Of a stretch of DNA of 64,000 bases, positions 29,371 through 42,785 are shown piece by piece. Numbering within the stretch: the first letter of the stretch is position 1; every line of letters starts with the position of its first letter. The stretch is from the human T2T-CHM13v2.0 reference genome, Homo sapiens. The notes below the pieces were generated by a model. The model searched no databases and was not told the origin of the DNA. It saw nothing but the letters and a program-made list of their open reading frames with translations. The DNA is taken from the NCBI RefSeq assembly GCF_009914755.1, contig NC_060933.1. One strand, 5' to 3'. The position numbers were made by a program, and so were the translations under genes.

Positions 29371-30441
29371 TCTTGATGCTTTCTACACATTATAACCCTG
29401 TAGAAACAATATTATTTGCTATTCCGGTTTTATAGGGATGGAAACTCAGGCCCAGTTTAGTTTAACTTGCCTAAGGTTGTACAGTAAGTGTCAGAGCTGG
29501 AATTCAAGCTCGGGTCCCTTGGACTCCAAAGGGGGCACCCATCCCATTCCTCTGCTCTGCCTGACTTTCCCCCCTTAGAGCTAATAGCATAAGGAGGCCC
29601 CATGGGGGTCTGAAGGAAGGGGCGTTGGTTGGAGAAATGTTCAGTTGCAGGTGGGGAAGTATGAACGGAAGGCCTGGGAATCTCTTCCATTAGACCACTG
29701 GGGTGCCCCTTCCTGTAGCTCAACATCATTGCTTAGATCTCAGAAACAGCAGAGAAGTGCAGACAGGTTTTTTAGTTCAGTTTGATTGTGTTTTGTTTAT
29801 TTGTTTTCTTAAGCATTTTATAAGCTTGTTTCAGAGCCCATCTGCTCCTTGCAGTTCCCCGAGCAGTCCCTGTGTGTTCACACCACGGTGCCTTTGTTGA
29901 GGCTGTGTCATCTGCTTGCAAGACTTTCACCACTTCACACACCCCCGTCTTTCAGGGAGGCCAGTTCTTTGCTCACCTTTCCCTGCGTCACCAGGCAGAA
30001 GGAAGAGTCCCCTCCTTTGCAGTCCCTTTCTCTTGGGATATTTCCCACAGCCTGTGAGTTCCATGTCTTATTCATTGCTCTATCACCCAGCACTGTGGAG
30101 CTTCTCCTTGGCTGTGCACTCTCCAGTCTCAGTCCCAGCCTGAACCAATTAAATGAGAACCTGAGGATAGGGAATGGGAAAGCTGTGCTTCTACAAGCTC
30201 TCCGGGGCATTCTTCCTGCAGCCAGCCTGGGCACCCACTGGCCCCTGACAGGCCCACATCCAGCCTGGCTGCACTGAGTTAGATCTAAATCTGGAACTCC
30301 CTGGAAGTGCTGCAGTCCCTTCCCCCGTCCTCTGTAAGTGGCTCACCCCTGGGGTCATGGTGTGTGTCCTGTATGGAGGAATCAGTGACCCCAGACCCCG
30401 GGCTTTCACTGGAAGGGGTCTGACAGCTCTGCTGTTCCCCC

Positions 30442-30513
30442 GCCCCTTTATGTGCCCCTGCCCCTTTATGTGGTCCCACCCCTTTATGTGCCCTCTCCCC
30501 TTTATGTGCCCTC
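30442..30513 (+). repeat. 18-bp minisatellite, about 4 copies (core CCCCTTTATGTG)
   Basis: Direct read. Confidence 0.88.
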
Positions 30514-30804
30514 CTTAATCCAGTGAAACTTGGCAATTTTGAGAGGATAGGAATTTTGTTTGTTTATCCTTCCCCCATTCATTCATAATCCATTTATTGA
30601 GCACCCACCATAAGCTGGGCATTGTGGTGGACATAACACACCTTTGAGTAACTTACGGTCTGCTAGGGAAAGCATGTTCTAGCCTTCTGAGAGGAAAGGC
30701 TGTGTGTGTATGTGTATGTGTGCACGAGTGCATGTGTGCACATACGTGTGCTAAGACTACGTGCTTGCATGATGTCAGGATTCTGAGTGGTGGCACCTGT
30801 CTGA

Positions 30805-31652
<848 letters not shown>

Positions 31653-33119
31653 TGATGAATACCTGCTCTCTTGTACTTAAATTTTGGACTGTAGACCAGC
31701 TGTTTTAGTGTCAGCTGGGAGCTGTTACAAATGCATGTTCTTAGACCAGCTCAGGCCTACTGCATCAGTATCTCAGGGGGTGGGGTTCAGGAATGTCCGT
31801 TTTAACGACCTCTTCTGGTGATTTTTGCACATGCTAAAGTTGGATAACTCCCACTCCAGAATGTGGACTTTCCGTCTCATTACTGTAGCCTCAGTGCTTA
31901 GCCCAAGTGGCTCCGTAGTCATCTGTGGACTCACTGTTCACGCGCCAGGCCCTCTTAGAGACCGGGAATGTAGGAGGATGCTTCAGGGGGAAGATGGCAA
32001 GGTCAGCTGAATTTGAGGTATTCCTGAGCCATGTGGGCAAAGACGCGAGACAGATACCTCTGAGTCTCAGGAGAAAAGCCTGGGTTTGAGGTATTTTGGA
32101 AGTCATTAGCATATGGGTAGAATGATTAGATGACCAAATATATGAAAAAAAATTCTCAAGACCCATGTGAAAGTCAGAGAGGGGTGTGGTGGCCTGGCTG
32201 GCCTGAAGACAGGTGTTCTGATGATTCTGGCAGGGGCCCCCATTTGCCTGGCACTGAAATTATATTAGTATCTTTACTGTATGAGCACCGTGCCCATCAG
32301 GGCAAGCTGTGACTCCTGTCACCAAACACTCAGGAACCATTGCTTTTGGGGCCTCCAGGATGGTTTCATTTGTAGGCATCTGCCTTCTGTTGGGGTCCTT
32401 TTTTTCTCCTTCTCTACAGGGGACAATATGGCACCACCCAGCAAAACCTGATGGGAGTGGACATGGACTACCCTCATTTGCAGTAATCATGGGCAAGCAG
32501 GTGGTACCCACAGTGTACTGGAGAATGCCCTACCCTCGAGTAATGTTCCCTGGTTTGTGCAGAGTCAGGCCTGTATGGGGCAGGGCTTTGGCCAGGGCTG
32601 TGCTGTAGAACTTGATCCTGAATTTATTTTTGGAAAGTGAATCCTGGAACCTACCATTGCACCATAAGGGCTGCAGCAATCTGAACCCTAGTCCTGCCTC
32701 ATGGGGTTTATGCAAAATCTGTTTGGTAATCAAATGGTTAATAGAAATTTAAGCATAAGGCAGATTGAATACACACGTGCATACACTGGATTCTTCTGTT
32801 GGGGGGGAAAGGAAGTGCTCACAATTGTTAGTTCCCGAGCTGGAAAATTCTTTGCGATCTAGGAGAGCTTAGAAAAATATTTGCCTTAGTTGCCCAACAA
32901 CTTAGCAGCCCTCCTAGCAGCTAGTGACTTGTTGCCACCTGACTATGTCCAGCAGCATTTGTCAGAGTGATTTGACTCTGGCTGGTCACCAGGTAATCTG
33001 TCCAAAGTTCAGAAGGTGTCAGGATGCTATCCTGAGGCTCCACAGTGACAGCCTCTCAGTCTGTGCACTGTCCCCCACGGGTGGCCCCAAAGCCAGCTGC
33101 CCATTTAACTGGGCACAGC

Positions 33120-33155
33120 ATGGACACTGGCCTCAGCTCTCAGCCTTCTGAGGAG
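33120..33155 (+). CDS. MVB12B: Candidate alternative first coding exon of MVB12B (MDTGLSSQPSEE, phase 0 to exon 2)
   Basis: Strong Kozak context (cagcATGG), 12 codons, near-consensus donor GAG|GTAGGT at 33156, in frame with exon 2, non-repetitive DNA. Confidence 0.55.
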
Positions 33156-34498
33156 GTAGGTCTCTGCAACTTTCTGTAAGGAGGTGGCTGGGTTTGTGTG
33201 TGTGGTGTGCATTGGTGAGGCCTGGCCACAGGTTCCCTCCTTGGGGACAGGCAGTCCCTTGCCTGTCCTTCTGTCCCTTGCTTGCAATTTGCCAGCAGAA
33301 AGGTGTCAGTAATCCCGGGGCACCAGAGGTGGGCATGTATTCCTACAGACCATCGCTGCCAATGGGAAACAGGCAAAGACCCTTTCTATGAAGGCCGGAG
33401 CAGCAGCTTTTACTGGGGGACAACCCATTTCCAGCAGCTACCTGCTCTTGTGGCGTTTCCTACGGCGAATGAAATGTTTATTCTTCTTCCTTCCTCAGCC
33501 CTGTAAGCTGGTATATGTGAGCAGGCAGTTTTTTGTCTTTGGTGCCCTTGACTTTGGATTTCAAGCAAGCTGATCACAAGTTTGCCCTTCTGTAGGGATG
33601 TAATTAAGCCACTGGTTTTGTCATTTCAATTACAGTAGCCCAATTTAGCCTGCCCCCCGTTAATACTTTGAAATTACTCTCCTCAAAAGTTGTATGCCAG
33701 TCATGCCTTCAGCCCTGAGCAGCAGCGCTGGCTGGCGCCGCTTCTGAGCTGGCCTCACCATGGCAGGAGGCCGAGATGGTGGGAGGCTGGAACGTGGGCC
33801 CACTGCCCAGGGCACCTGCTTTGAAGGCAGCGCCCCCTGCCCCCTGCAGTTGTTGCTCCCTGAAAGCACTTTAAACTCCTCGGCCCACACCCCGCCGCTG
33901 GAAGAGCCTTGGTGGAGAGAGGTCTGAGCTTTGTTAGTTGGGTTTTGATTTCAGTACAGGAGTTGATAAAACGAGATAAACCCCAGGCTCAGGAGGGCCA
34001 TGGAAATTAAACAGAGATGATATCAAAGTTCCCCTGAGTTTTCAACTGTGATACAGTAGCTCTGTTTTCTCCCAGACTGGGGCCGGGAGGCACACCTTTG
34101 ATTCCGAAACAATGTTCAGCATCAGTTAAGCCCAGCACTGCTGACTTTCAGGGATTAAACACACTGTTGTAGTAATTCTTTGATCAGCTACAAGGGAGCA
34201 GTGTGCCGTCTGTATGAAGGGTCTTTATAGTTAAAGTTCATTTCTCCGTGAACCCGGGATGACAACCTTGGCTAGGTGCTGCAGTACCGGGAGCTGGGGC
34301 CTCCCCAAGCGCTATCTGCAGCACTGCAGGCAGAAGCTGGAAGCAGGCTTGCTCCTGGCTTTGTTGTGTGGTTTGCATGGTGCTCTTTGAGCATGGCATG
34401 GTGGAAAAAATCCTTCTAGCTTGGAAAACACTTCACCTTAACCCTCCCCAGCTTTCCCATTCCGTACACTTGTGGGCGCACATACATGTTTGTGTGTG

Positions 34499-34502
<4 letters not shown>

Positions 34503-34536
<34 letters not shown>
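34503..34536 (+). repeat. (CA)n microsatellite
   Basis: Direct read. Confidence 0.92.
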
Positions 34537-34537
<1 letters not shown>

Positions 34538-35559
34538 CTATCCTGCCTTGCCGAGGGAGCCTCTCGGGGCAGACAACACTGCCTGAACTGAGGCTCTGCA
34601 GCCCCCAGCCTTGGAAATTATCTCACAGAGGCTGTATGCCCGCTTAGGGGAGAGGTCAGAATGGAACCATCTGGACCTGATGACCTGCGAGGTGAAAGTA
34701 AGAGGACCTGCTCAAGGTCCAGTCTGAGTCCCTGGCATCCTACCACCTTTATTCCTTACCCAGCATGTATTGAGAATAGACTTAGATTGGCCCAATCCTA
34801 TAGTTCTGAAAAATTTCAACATTTGTCTTGTCATCCAAAACACTGGGTCAGCTTTGGGGGTTCCCTATAGAGAACTTCCTCGCAGCCACAGCTGGGATGG
34901 CACAAGTTTCCCCATTTTGCTTCCCCCTCCTCCTGATTGGCCCTGCAACTTCCAGTTGGTAATGGAGCCCCTCTGAGCTGTCGATCCTGCTCGCACCGTG
35001 CCATAGATCAACCTGTTCCCTCCTGTGCGGTGCTTGGATCTCCCTCATTAGGCCTAAATTTACCTCCATCCTACACAAACATGGCCTTAGCTCATTTTTA
35101 TTGTTGTAAATTATTTATGAGGGGAATGTTGAATCTTGAAACTGAGGTGTGAGGAAAATTAATCCCGTGTTACTTTTATCCTTCTGTACTTTTTCCCCCT
35201 TGCTTGACTTATTGAGCTGTGGCTAGAGAAAGAAAAGCTTTGGCATTTTAAAATATAATTAGTGTTGAAACTGCTTTCTCAATTGGATGGGATATTGGTG
35301 CCTCTCTGCCTAGTACAATAGAAAACAGACCAGACCTAGGGAGGAAGACCAGCCGTCCCATTCCTGGAAGGTGACCCGGCCACCTCCCAGGTTTGATGTG
35401 AGCCTCAACTGGGAAGGAGCCTGAGAAAGCTTCTGGAGAGCTGCAAAGCGCTGTCCAAATGCAACAGACCTGTTAGTGTGTTTTGCGGGCAGTTTGGGCT
35501 TTGAGATACAGATGGATGCTGGATGAGGAGCTGTTGATACAACCTGGGGTTGTTGCCAG

Positions 35560-36200
35560 TAGGCCTCCGGATTTGATGTGAGAGGGCCCGCATGAATGGC
35601 CTCCTCGAGTCCTTAGCCGCGGGGCCATCCTTCCTGGCTTGAGGCTCCGCGCGGCCTGGGAAATGTGGAGCGCTAGTTAATAAATGGCCTTTTGTTAGGA
35701 AGGTCAATTGAAGTGCCGGTAGAGACGCAGTTAAAAGTAATTTGCAGTCAGAAAATATGTAATTCAGGGCAAGCGGCTTTGAGTGATGGCCCCTGCCATG
35801 GATATCTTGGGCGTTTCTCATTAAAAGCTGCCTTGGCTGGTGATGGCGCTTCCTGGATGGGTCGACTGCAGCCCGCGCGGCCCGGAGCCATTTGTCCATA
35901 TTTCACAAAGGCCGCCTCCGTCCGGGGCACAGCAGCGGGGGGGAAGGAGGGAGAACGGCTGGCGTTGGAGATGCTCTGCGCGCAGCTCTGCAGGGCCCTC
36001 TGGCAGGCCAGGCCCGGCTCCTTTGTCTGCCTCAGCCGGGGGCCGCCCGCAGCCATCTTTGAACCTTCTCCTGGGCCGCCACAGGGCATTGTGGGAGCAG
36101 CATGGCTTCTTCCAGGGCATGGTGACCCTCCTGCTGTTGAGAGCGGACTCCAGGCAGAGGGCCATTGTCATCATCGTACCGGGGAGGATACTGTGACCAG
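35560..36200. promoter_or_regulatory. Intronic CpG-rich element (candidate enhancer or alternative promoter)
   Basis: Locally elevated CpG in unique sequence; 10 GCCAT/ATGGC cores; Sox/TCF-like CATTGT, CTTTGT and CTTTGAA motifs. Confidence 0.55.
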
Positions 36201-38261
36201 GGGATGTGGCAATGAATCCACCAGCAAATAAGATACTGCTTATTCATGCTTACCCCCACTTCTCTCTCTCCTCCTTTTTCTTTGTCACTTTCTTTTCTCT
36301 CTCTCTGATAGTAGAGGCCATACTATCTTAAAAAAAAAAAAAAACTTACCTCACATGTTCTTTATTAAATTCACAGCGTGATATTTTAGCACTGGCAGAA
36401 TTCGTACATTCTGTTAATGAGTTGTTAATTGCAAAGCATTCTTGGTAACCAACAGCAGGTACCAATATTTTGCAAACTGCAGCAATGTTATTTTCATGTT
36501 ACCAATACTACGGGATTTTTCAAGTGCTGAGCCCTTTTGATCAATGCCTGCTCTGGATCTGCAGGTGCAGATATTTAATTCTAAACCTTTACTGGGGACA
36601 TGCACTAAGTAAATATTCACTCAAATATTTACTTAGTGCCTACTGTGTGCAGGAAGCACTAAGCCCTGTGTTTTATGCAGATAAACCTGCCTGGTAAATG
36701 AAACTTGAAAACAGAAAATGATGCAGTGATGCAGTGTGGTACCCCCTGCCCTGGCCGTTTAGAAGCTTATTTTCAGAAGAATTAGGTAAAGCATAACTTT
36801 GTTAAGCTTTGTTGTAAACAGAAGAGGAGACTGCAGCTGTGCCAGGCACTTCCTAGCCTTGATGGAGGACTCAGCTCCATTGCATTGACAAGTCTGTTTC
36901 CGGAGCTTTTTGTGGGTTCCACTGACTTCATGGGAGACTTGCATACAGCATTTTGATTGTTCCTATTTAGAAGGCTGCAGTCATTTTTAATGGCCTCTGC
37001 CTTTTCTGATTCTAGGCTAGAAGCAAGAATATTCCTCCTGCCTGCTTAGTGAGGTAGGGTGTTTGGTTTGTATTAGAAGCAGTAACCAGCCTTGAGAGAT
37101 CTGGCAGACCTGCAGCCAGTGGAGTTTAATTGTTGCAGAAGGAGGTGGAATTTGACTTGCTCTTTTTCACTGCTTGTCCTTTTAAAAGTACTTAGGTTCA
37201 TTTACATATGGTGTTGCCTCTTTTATTTGCTTTCTGGTGCACTGCCACTCCAGCTGCCCAGACCCAGTGCTCTCTATATTCTACCTGTCTCCTCTGGTCA
37301 CATCAAGAGGCAGTCAGCAGCAGAATAATAATTCCATTTTCCCTCCCTTTCTCTCAAAGTGCCCAGCAAGAATTATGATCATTGTTAGTATTTGGCTTTG
37401 AGTAAGTGCCCACATGACCCGAGGGTAAAACACAACAAAGGGATCTGCCAGTCCCCTATGGAGTGACGCCTATCACATTTCTGACCAGTTACCTGGACTT
37501 GTGTGTCCCAAACCCCACCAGTTTTATGTGCTTTTTTTGAGCGCCTACTGTATACCAGGGACCTCTCCAGGCCTTTCATTTACATCCACTGTCTTTGACT
37601 CTCTTGGTCCTCACAGCAGCTCTGCAAGGGTCAGTATCATGACCTCCTTTTATAGCTGAGAAAATGAAGGGTCCAGGAGGTTAAATTGCTTACTCAAAGT
37701 CACCAGCTAGTCAGTCATGGAGCCTGGACTCCAACACCATTCCTTCACCTGAGCCCAGAACACTTATTTCTGTGTTTGCAACATTCCTTGCTTCTTTGCA
37801 AAGCTCTGCGTGCTGAAGGCCTAACCTTGGCTGTGGGTTTGGAAGTCTAGGCCTCTGTAGGAGAGATTGCAAGGGAGAGAGAGGAAAGGTGTTGTTAAGC
37901 TTAGCCGTGTCTGACATGTCTTCAGAGCAGCTACTGGTATCTGTTCAGAAATCAAGCAGCTGGATGGCGGAGTTAAGAATGACGTGCTCTTGGGTTTGAG
38001 TCAAGCTCACCTCCTGAGAGTAGAGACAAGCTCTCATCTTAGCTCAGTGTTCAAAGCTAACCTGAGAAGAGTGGGAAACAGAGGTGATTTGAATTCTTGA
38101 CCTGGGGAAAGGGTCACATAGGGTCAGGACTCATTCAACCAGTACAGGTATGTGAAACTCAGGGTATTTGCCCCAAGATTCTGGTTCTGTTTGAGACTTT
38201 ATATTATTCACATAAATGCTATGTTTGAATTTTGTGTTTTCTTTTTCCTTTGCTGAACCAG

Positions 38262-38384
38262 GACCAGTCCACCATGCCTGAAGTCAAAGACCTCTCAGAA
38301 GCCTTGCCAGAAACGTCAATGGATCCCATCACGGGAGTCGGGGTGGTGGCTTCTCGGAACCGAGCCCCGACAGGCTATGACGTA
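38262..38384 (+). CDS. MVB12B: MVB12B coding exon 2 (41 codons, DQSTMPEVKDLSEALPETSMDPITGVGVVASRNRAPTGYDV; start of MABP domain)
   Basis: Polypyrimidine tract plus AG at 38260-38261 and donor GTA|GTAAGT at 38385. The exon is 123 nt, phase 0-0. Recognisable MVB12B peptide inside track ORF 38232..38474. Confidence 0.96.
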
Positions 38385-39367
38385 GTAAGTCAAGATACTA
38401 GTTTGTACATTTTGCTCACTGATTCTACAAGTATTTATCTCCTGTGTCCAAGACCTTCTGGCCCTTGCGTGTAAGATGTGCTTCTTCCCTCTAGGAACTT
38501 AATCCAGGGAGGGCGTGGAGAGCATCCTGGTTTGGGAGTCAGAAGACCTGAGCCCATCTGGGCCGTTTCCTGGCCTTGACCACCTCTGTGATGGTCATTT
38601 TCACCTTCTGTAAAATTAAGGAGTTAGATTCATTGATTTTCAACTTCTGGTTGTGACATTTCGTGAAAAGGATCCAGAGTCTATGAACGACTCCTGGTGG
38701 TTTTCATATATTGTCATGCATGTGTAAATATTGTAAAGGCATTGTCCTACGTCTGTGTAGCTCTTTACAGTTTAAAATGTTTCCTACCCATGAACTCATT
38801 TAGCTCTCTTGGGCTTTTGGAAGGCTGGGAGGGCAAGTAGCTGTATCACCTCTTTGCTGATTAGGAGAACCCACGCTCTGAGAAGTCAAGTAACAGAGTC
38901 CCAGTCCTTGGATATGGTGAATCATCAGGACCAGACCCCCTCCAAGTCCAGTGCTGTGGCTGACCACACCACCACAGTTTAGTGGAGAACTTTCCTTGCT
39001 TTTCAGCAGACATCTGTGCTGGTGTTCAGTAGTCCTGATGATTGGAACTGGTTATGTTGTTGTTTCAGTAGGTAAATTCTGATTCGGGTGGAGCTTGCAA
39101 AGTACAGAGGAACGTTAGGAGGGTTTAATTAACAGTGGATATTATCATGTGTTCTGAGATTCTAAGGTGGTCTTATGTTTACTTTCCTCACTTTGTTTGT
39201 GACGTTTTGTTCTTATTCACTGAAAATGTGCACCAAGAATGCATAAGAGTGAAAGAACACGAATCTCATTAGCCAACACTGAAAACCTCCCACAGCAATT
39301 AGAATAGTCTCTGATGTCCTGCAGTGAGGAGAATGTGATGCCTGGTCCAGCAGAAGAAGCCCTAAGG

Positions 39368-39607
39368 CAGGGTTTCCCAACTTCAGCACTGTTGACATTT
39401 AGGGCAAGACAATCCAATAATTCTTTGCTATATGTTTTCCTGTGCATCGTATGATGTTTAGCAGCATTCCTGGCCTCTCCTTAGTGAATACCAGTAGCAC
39501 CTGTCCCTCCTCCCCCAGTGGTGACAACCCAAAATGTCTCCAGACGTAGCCAGATGTCTCCAGGAGCAGGGGGTGGCTGGGCAGAATCACCCCCCATTGA
39601 GAACTGC
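39368..39607 (+). mobile_element. MER20 (hAT-Charlie) DNA transposon
   Basis: GCACTGTTGACATTT...GTGACAACCCAAAATGTCTCCAGAC...TTGAGAAC motifs; strand label arbitrary. Confidence 0.8.
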
Positions 39608-41386
39608 AATGGTCAAGGCAGATCTGTACTGAGTCAGCCAGTGCTGGGTCCTGGGTAAGGAAGGAGGAGCCTGTTCAAATGCTACACATCCCTTCTCCAA
39701 CTGTTTGAAAGCTCATAAACATTTTAAAAGTGAAAAAGTGAAGGAAACTTTTCTGACAAACATTTCAGTCTTAGCTGCTGCTTGACTTCAAAGTGTGGTT
39801 TGAATGTATAACTTTCCATAAAATAGAATCATTAGGTATGGCTTTGTGCCACGAAACTCTGGGGGAAGCTAATAAAAATGTTCCTGATTTGAGAAGCCAA
39901 AGTGTCTTTTGATGAATTAGGGATGAAGCAGCAAGTCATGAATCAAGGCAGGGACTGGGAGTTCCCGCTGTGGGAGAGGACGGGCTCAGGGGTCGCTCTC
40001 CTAGGAGGGCTCTCAGGGAGCTTGAGCCCAAGGCAGGGGTCTCCCCATCTTCCCATGCCCTCTTTTGTTGATCTGTATCTTTAGCATTCCGTTTGTACCT
40101 TTAGGGTCATCCTGCTTGCCTGGGTAGTGGGTGGCAGATGGCCTTTGATAGTTTGGTTTTCTGGAAGTCTTGGTAAGTCTGACAGGAGCAGAATCTATCC
40201 CTATCATTTTCTCCTAACATCTAGCTCAGGGCAGAAGAGCGCAGTGTCAAATGAGTAAAATTAATAAGCACATTTCATGATTGTGCTGTGCCATGCATTT
40301 TAGTGGGAGGTTAGCAGGGCAAGGGGCTTGAGCTCATCCGCCCGGTAATTACCCAGCTCTGCACGGCCGAGGTGGAGACTGCCTGGGCTCCCTCTGAAAG
40401 CCCTAACAGGGAGAGAGGTGGGAGTCCCCTCTTGGTACTGGCCTCTGGACTGTGTGCAGATAAGCGTCTCGTTCCCCAGAGGTCTGGCCCCAAGTTCAAG
40501 GAAGGCGGGGAGGGCATGGTGAGAAGAGAGACTTCTCATTCCTTTTATCTGGAGTTTCATATTAAGTCAATATCCAAACCAAAGTGCAAGGCGCTCTGTG
40601 GTGGCTAGGCTGCAGAGATGCTTAGACAGAACTCCAGCAGATGAGGAAGCCCTGCTGCGGATTGGGCCGAGACCTCTCTCTGTCTGTTGTAGCTGCTGTA
40701 GGATTAATTTCTCCCTGCGCACAGAGCCCGTTAAGTACTGCCACCACGCAGCCCTGCGAGTTAGGCACCAGATGGACTGGTGGCCCTGAGTAGCACAACT
40801 GCTTTAAAATGAGCTTAGGTCCCATTGCTGCTTGAGGTAAAAGGTGCCAAATGTTCATTTATAAAAATTTAATTCAATAACTTCCCTTCTCTCTGGGTCA
40901 GGGGAGCCTTCTTAGGCTAGGGGGCTGGGGATTATTTGCTAAACTTCTCAATTTATTGTTCCGACGTCTGCGGTCCTCTCTGAAAGAGCCTCGCTTTTCT
41001 GTTCTGCACCCACACTATCTGGGAGTGACTGGTGCTTCTCTCCCCTTGCAGTCAGAGTTGGGGTGAGTCTCGTGCATCTTTGTGATGCCACGTGCCCGGA
41101 GTAGTGACTATATGTCATAGATGACTAGTGTTTGCCAAAGGTAGTGCATGCTGTTTTATCCTGGGTGGATGGTCAGTTTTCGAAGAATTGTAATGCTATA
41201 AGAAGCACTTCCGGCTACAATGCCTGTGTGCAGAATGTAACCTTTGATTTACAAGCCACTCTGGGATGTTGCAGTGTCTAAAGGGCATCAAGCTGGACAT
41301 TACTGAGAATCATTGTTGGGTGTGTTTCCAGCAATACACATTTTACCTTTCACCCACATTCCTTTGCCTTTCTAAATAAATGCTTA

Positions 41387-41700
<314 letters not shown>

Positions 41701-42418
41701 CCTACAACTCAGAGACTGAAGCTGCAACACTATATTTATGAGATGACTCTTTTTCCATAAAGGACATGTCTTCTTTTCCTTGAAAATATACTTTTCTTGG
41801 TAAAAAAAAAAAAAAAAAAAATAGCAACACAGAGAAAGTGAGACGAATCAAACACTCCAGAACATTTTAATTTTAAATTGTTTATCTATCCACCCCATTT
41901 TTTGAGTACCTACTATGTGCCAGCTAGGAGCTGGGGAGACAGCGATGAGCAAAACACACACAGCTCCTGCCTTCATGAAGCACACAGTCTGGAGGGGAAG
42001 ACAGGCAATGATGGTTGCAAATAAATAAAAGATGAAATTGGGGGTAAGTGCTTTGAAGGGAAGTCCTTATAGATGATTTATCTTTCAGATCTAGCTTTCC
42101 AGATAATTCTGACAGCATGAACCCCTTGCATCCTGCTTCGAAAAATCACTGATCATTCCCTTCCTTCCATACCTGGAAGCCTGCTAGGTGTTGGAGCCTT
42201 TCGCAGGAGACTGCCTCAAAGGTGCTCACAGTTCTTCAGCGCCAGCTTTCTCCCCTGCTACCACATGGCGCCTTTTTTGTTGGTGACATCTGCGAGGTTG
42301 TCCCATGGCTGGGTTCAGCTCCCTGCTCACCTGGCAGCTGCTGCTCTGGCCTTTCTGGCCTGTGTAGGGGTTGGACACCGCTCTCCCTGCGTCTCCCCCT
42401 CCTCTGTGACCCTCCATG

Positions 42419-42785
42419 GTGTCTTAGTCCTTTTGTGCTGCCATGACGCTATCCCTAAGACTGAGTAGTTTATAAAGAGCAGGATTTATTTCTTACAGGT
42501 CTGGAGGCTGGGAAGTCTAAGGTGAAGGGCCTGCATCTGGCAAGGGCCTCATTGCTGCATCATCCCATGGCGGAAGTCGGAGGGGCAAGAGAGGGAGAGT
42601 GAGCAGGAGGGGGCCACACACATCCTTTAATTGGGAACCCACTCCTGGGATAAGACTGTTAATCTATTCATGAGGACAGAACCCTCAGAACCTAATCACT
42701 TCTCACAGGTCCCATCTCTCAACACTGTTGCACTGGGGATAAGGTTTCTAGCACATGAACATTGGGGGCACATTGAAAGCATAGC
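42419..42785 (-). mobile_element. MST/MLT1A-like MaLR LTR
   Basis: TGTCTTAGTCC start, GGAGGCTGGGAAGTCTAAGG motif, CATAGCA end. Confidence 0.78.

Noticed and set aside
33388-33522. Further ATG-to-GT combinations (MKCLFFFLPQPCKL...)
   Set aside because: Weak Kozak context, and the strongest-looking donor (CCT|GTAAGC) is out of phase with exon 2; likely chance.
35405-36231. 164-179 aa overlapping ORFs
   Set aside because: They coincide with the GC-rich intronic element, with no convincing splice signals or protein similarity; treated as regulatory DNA instead.
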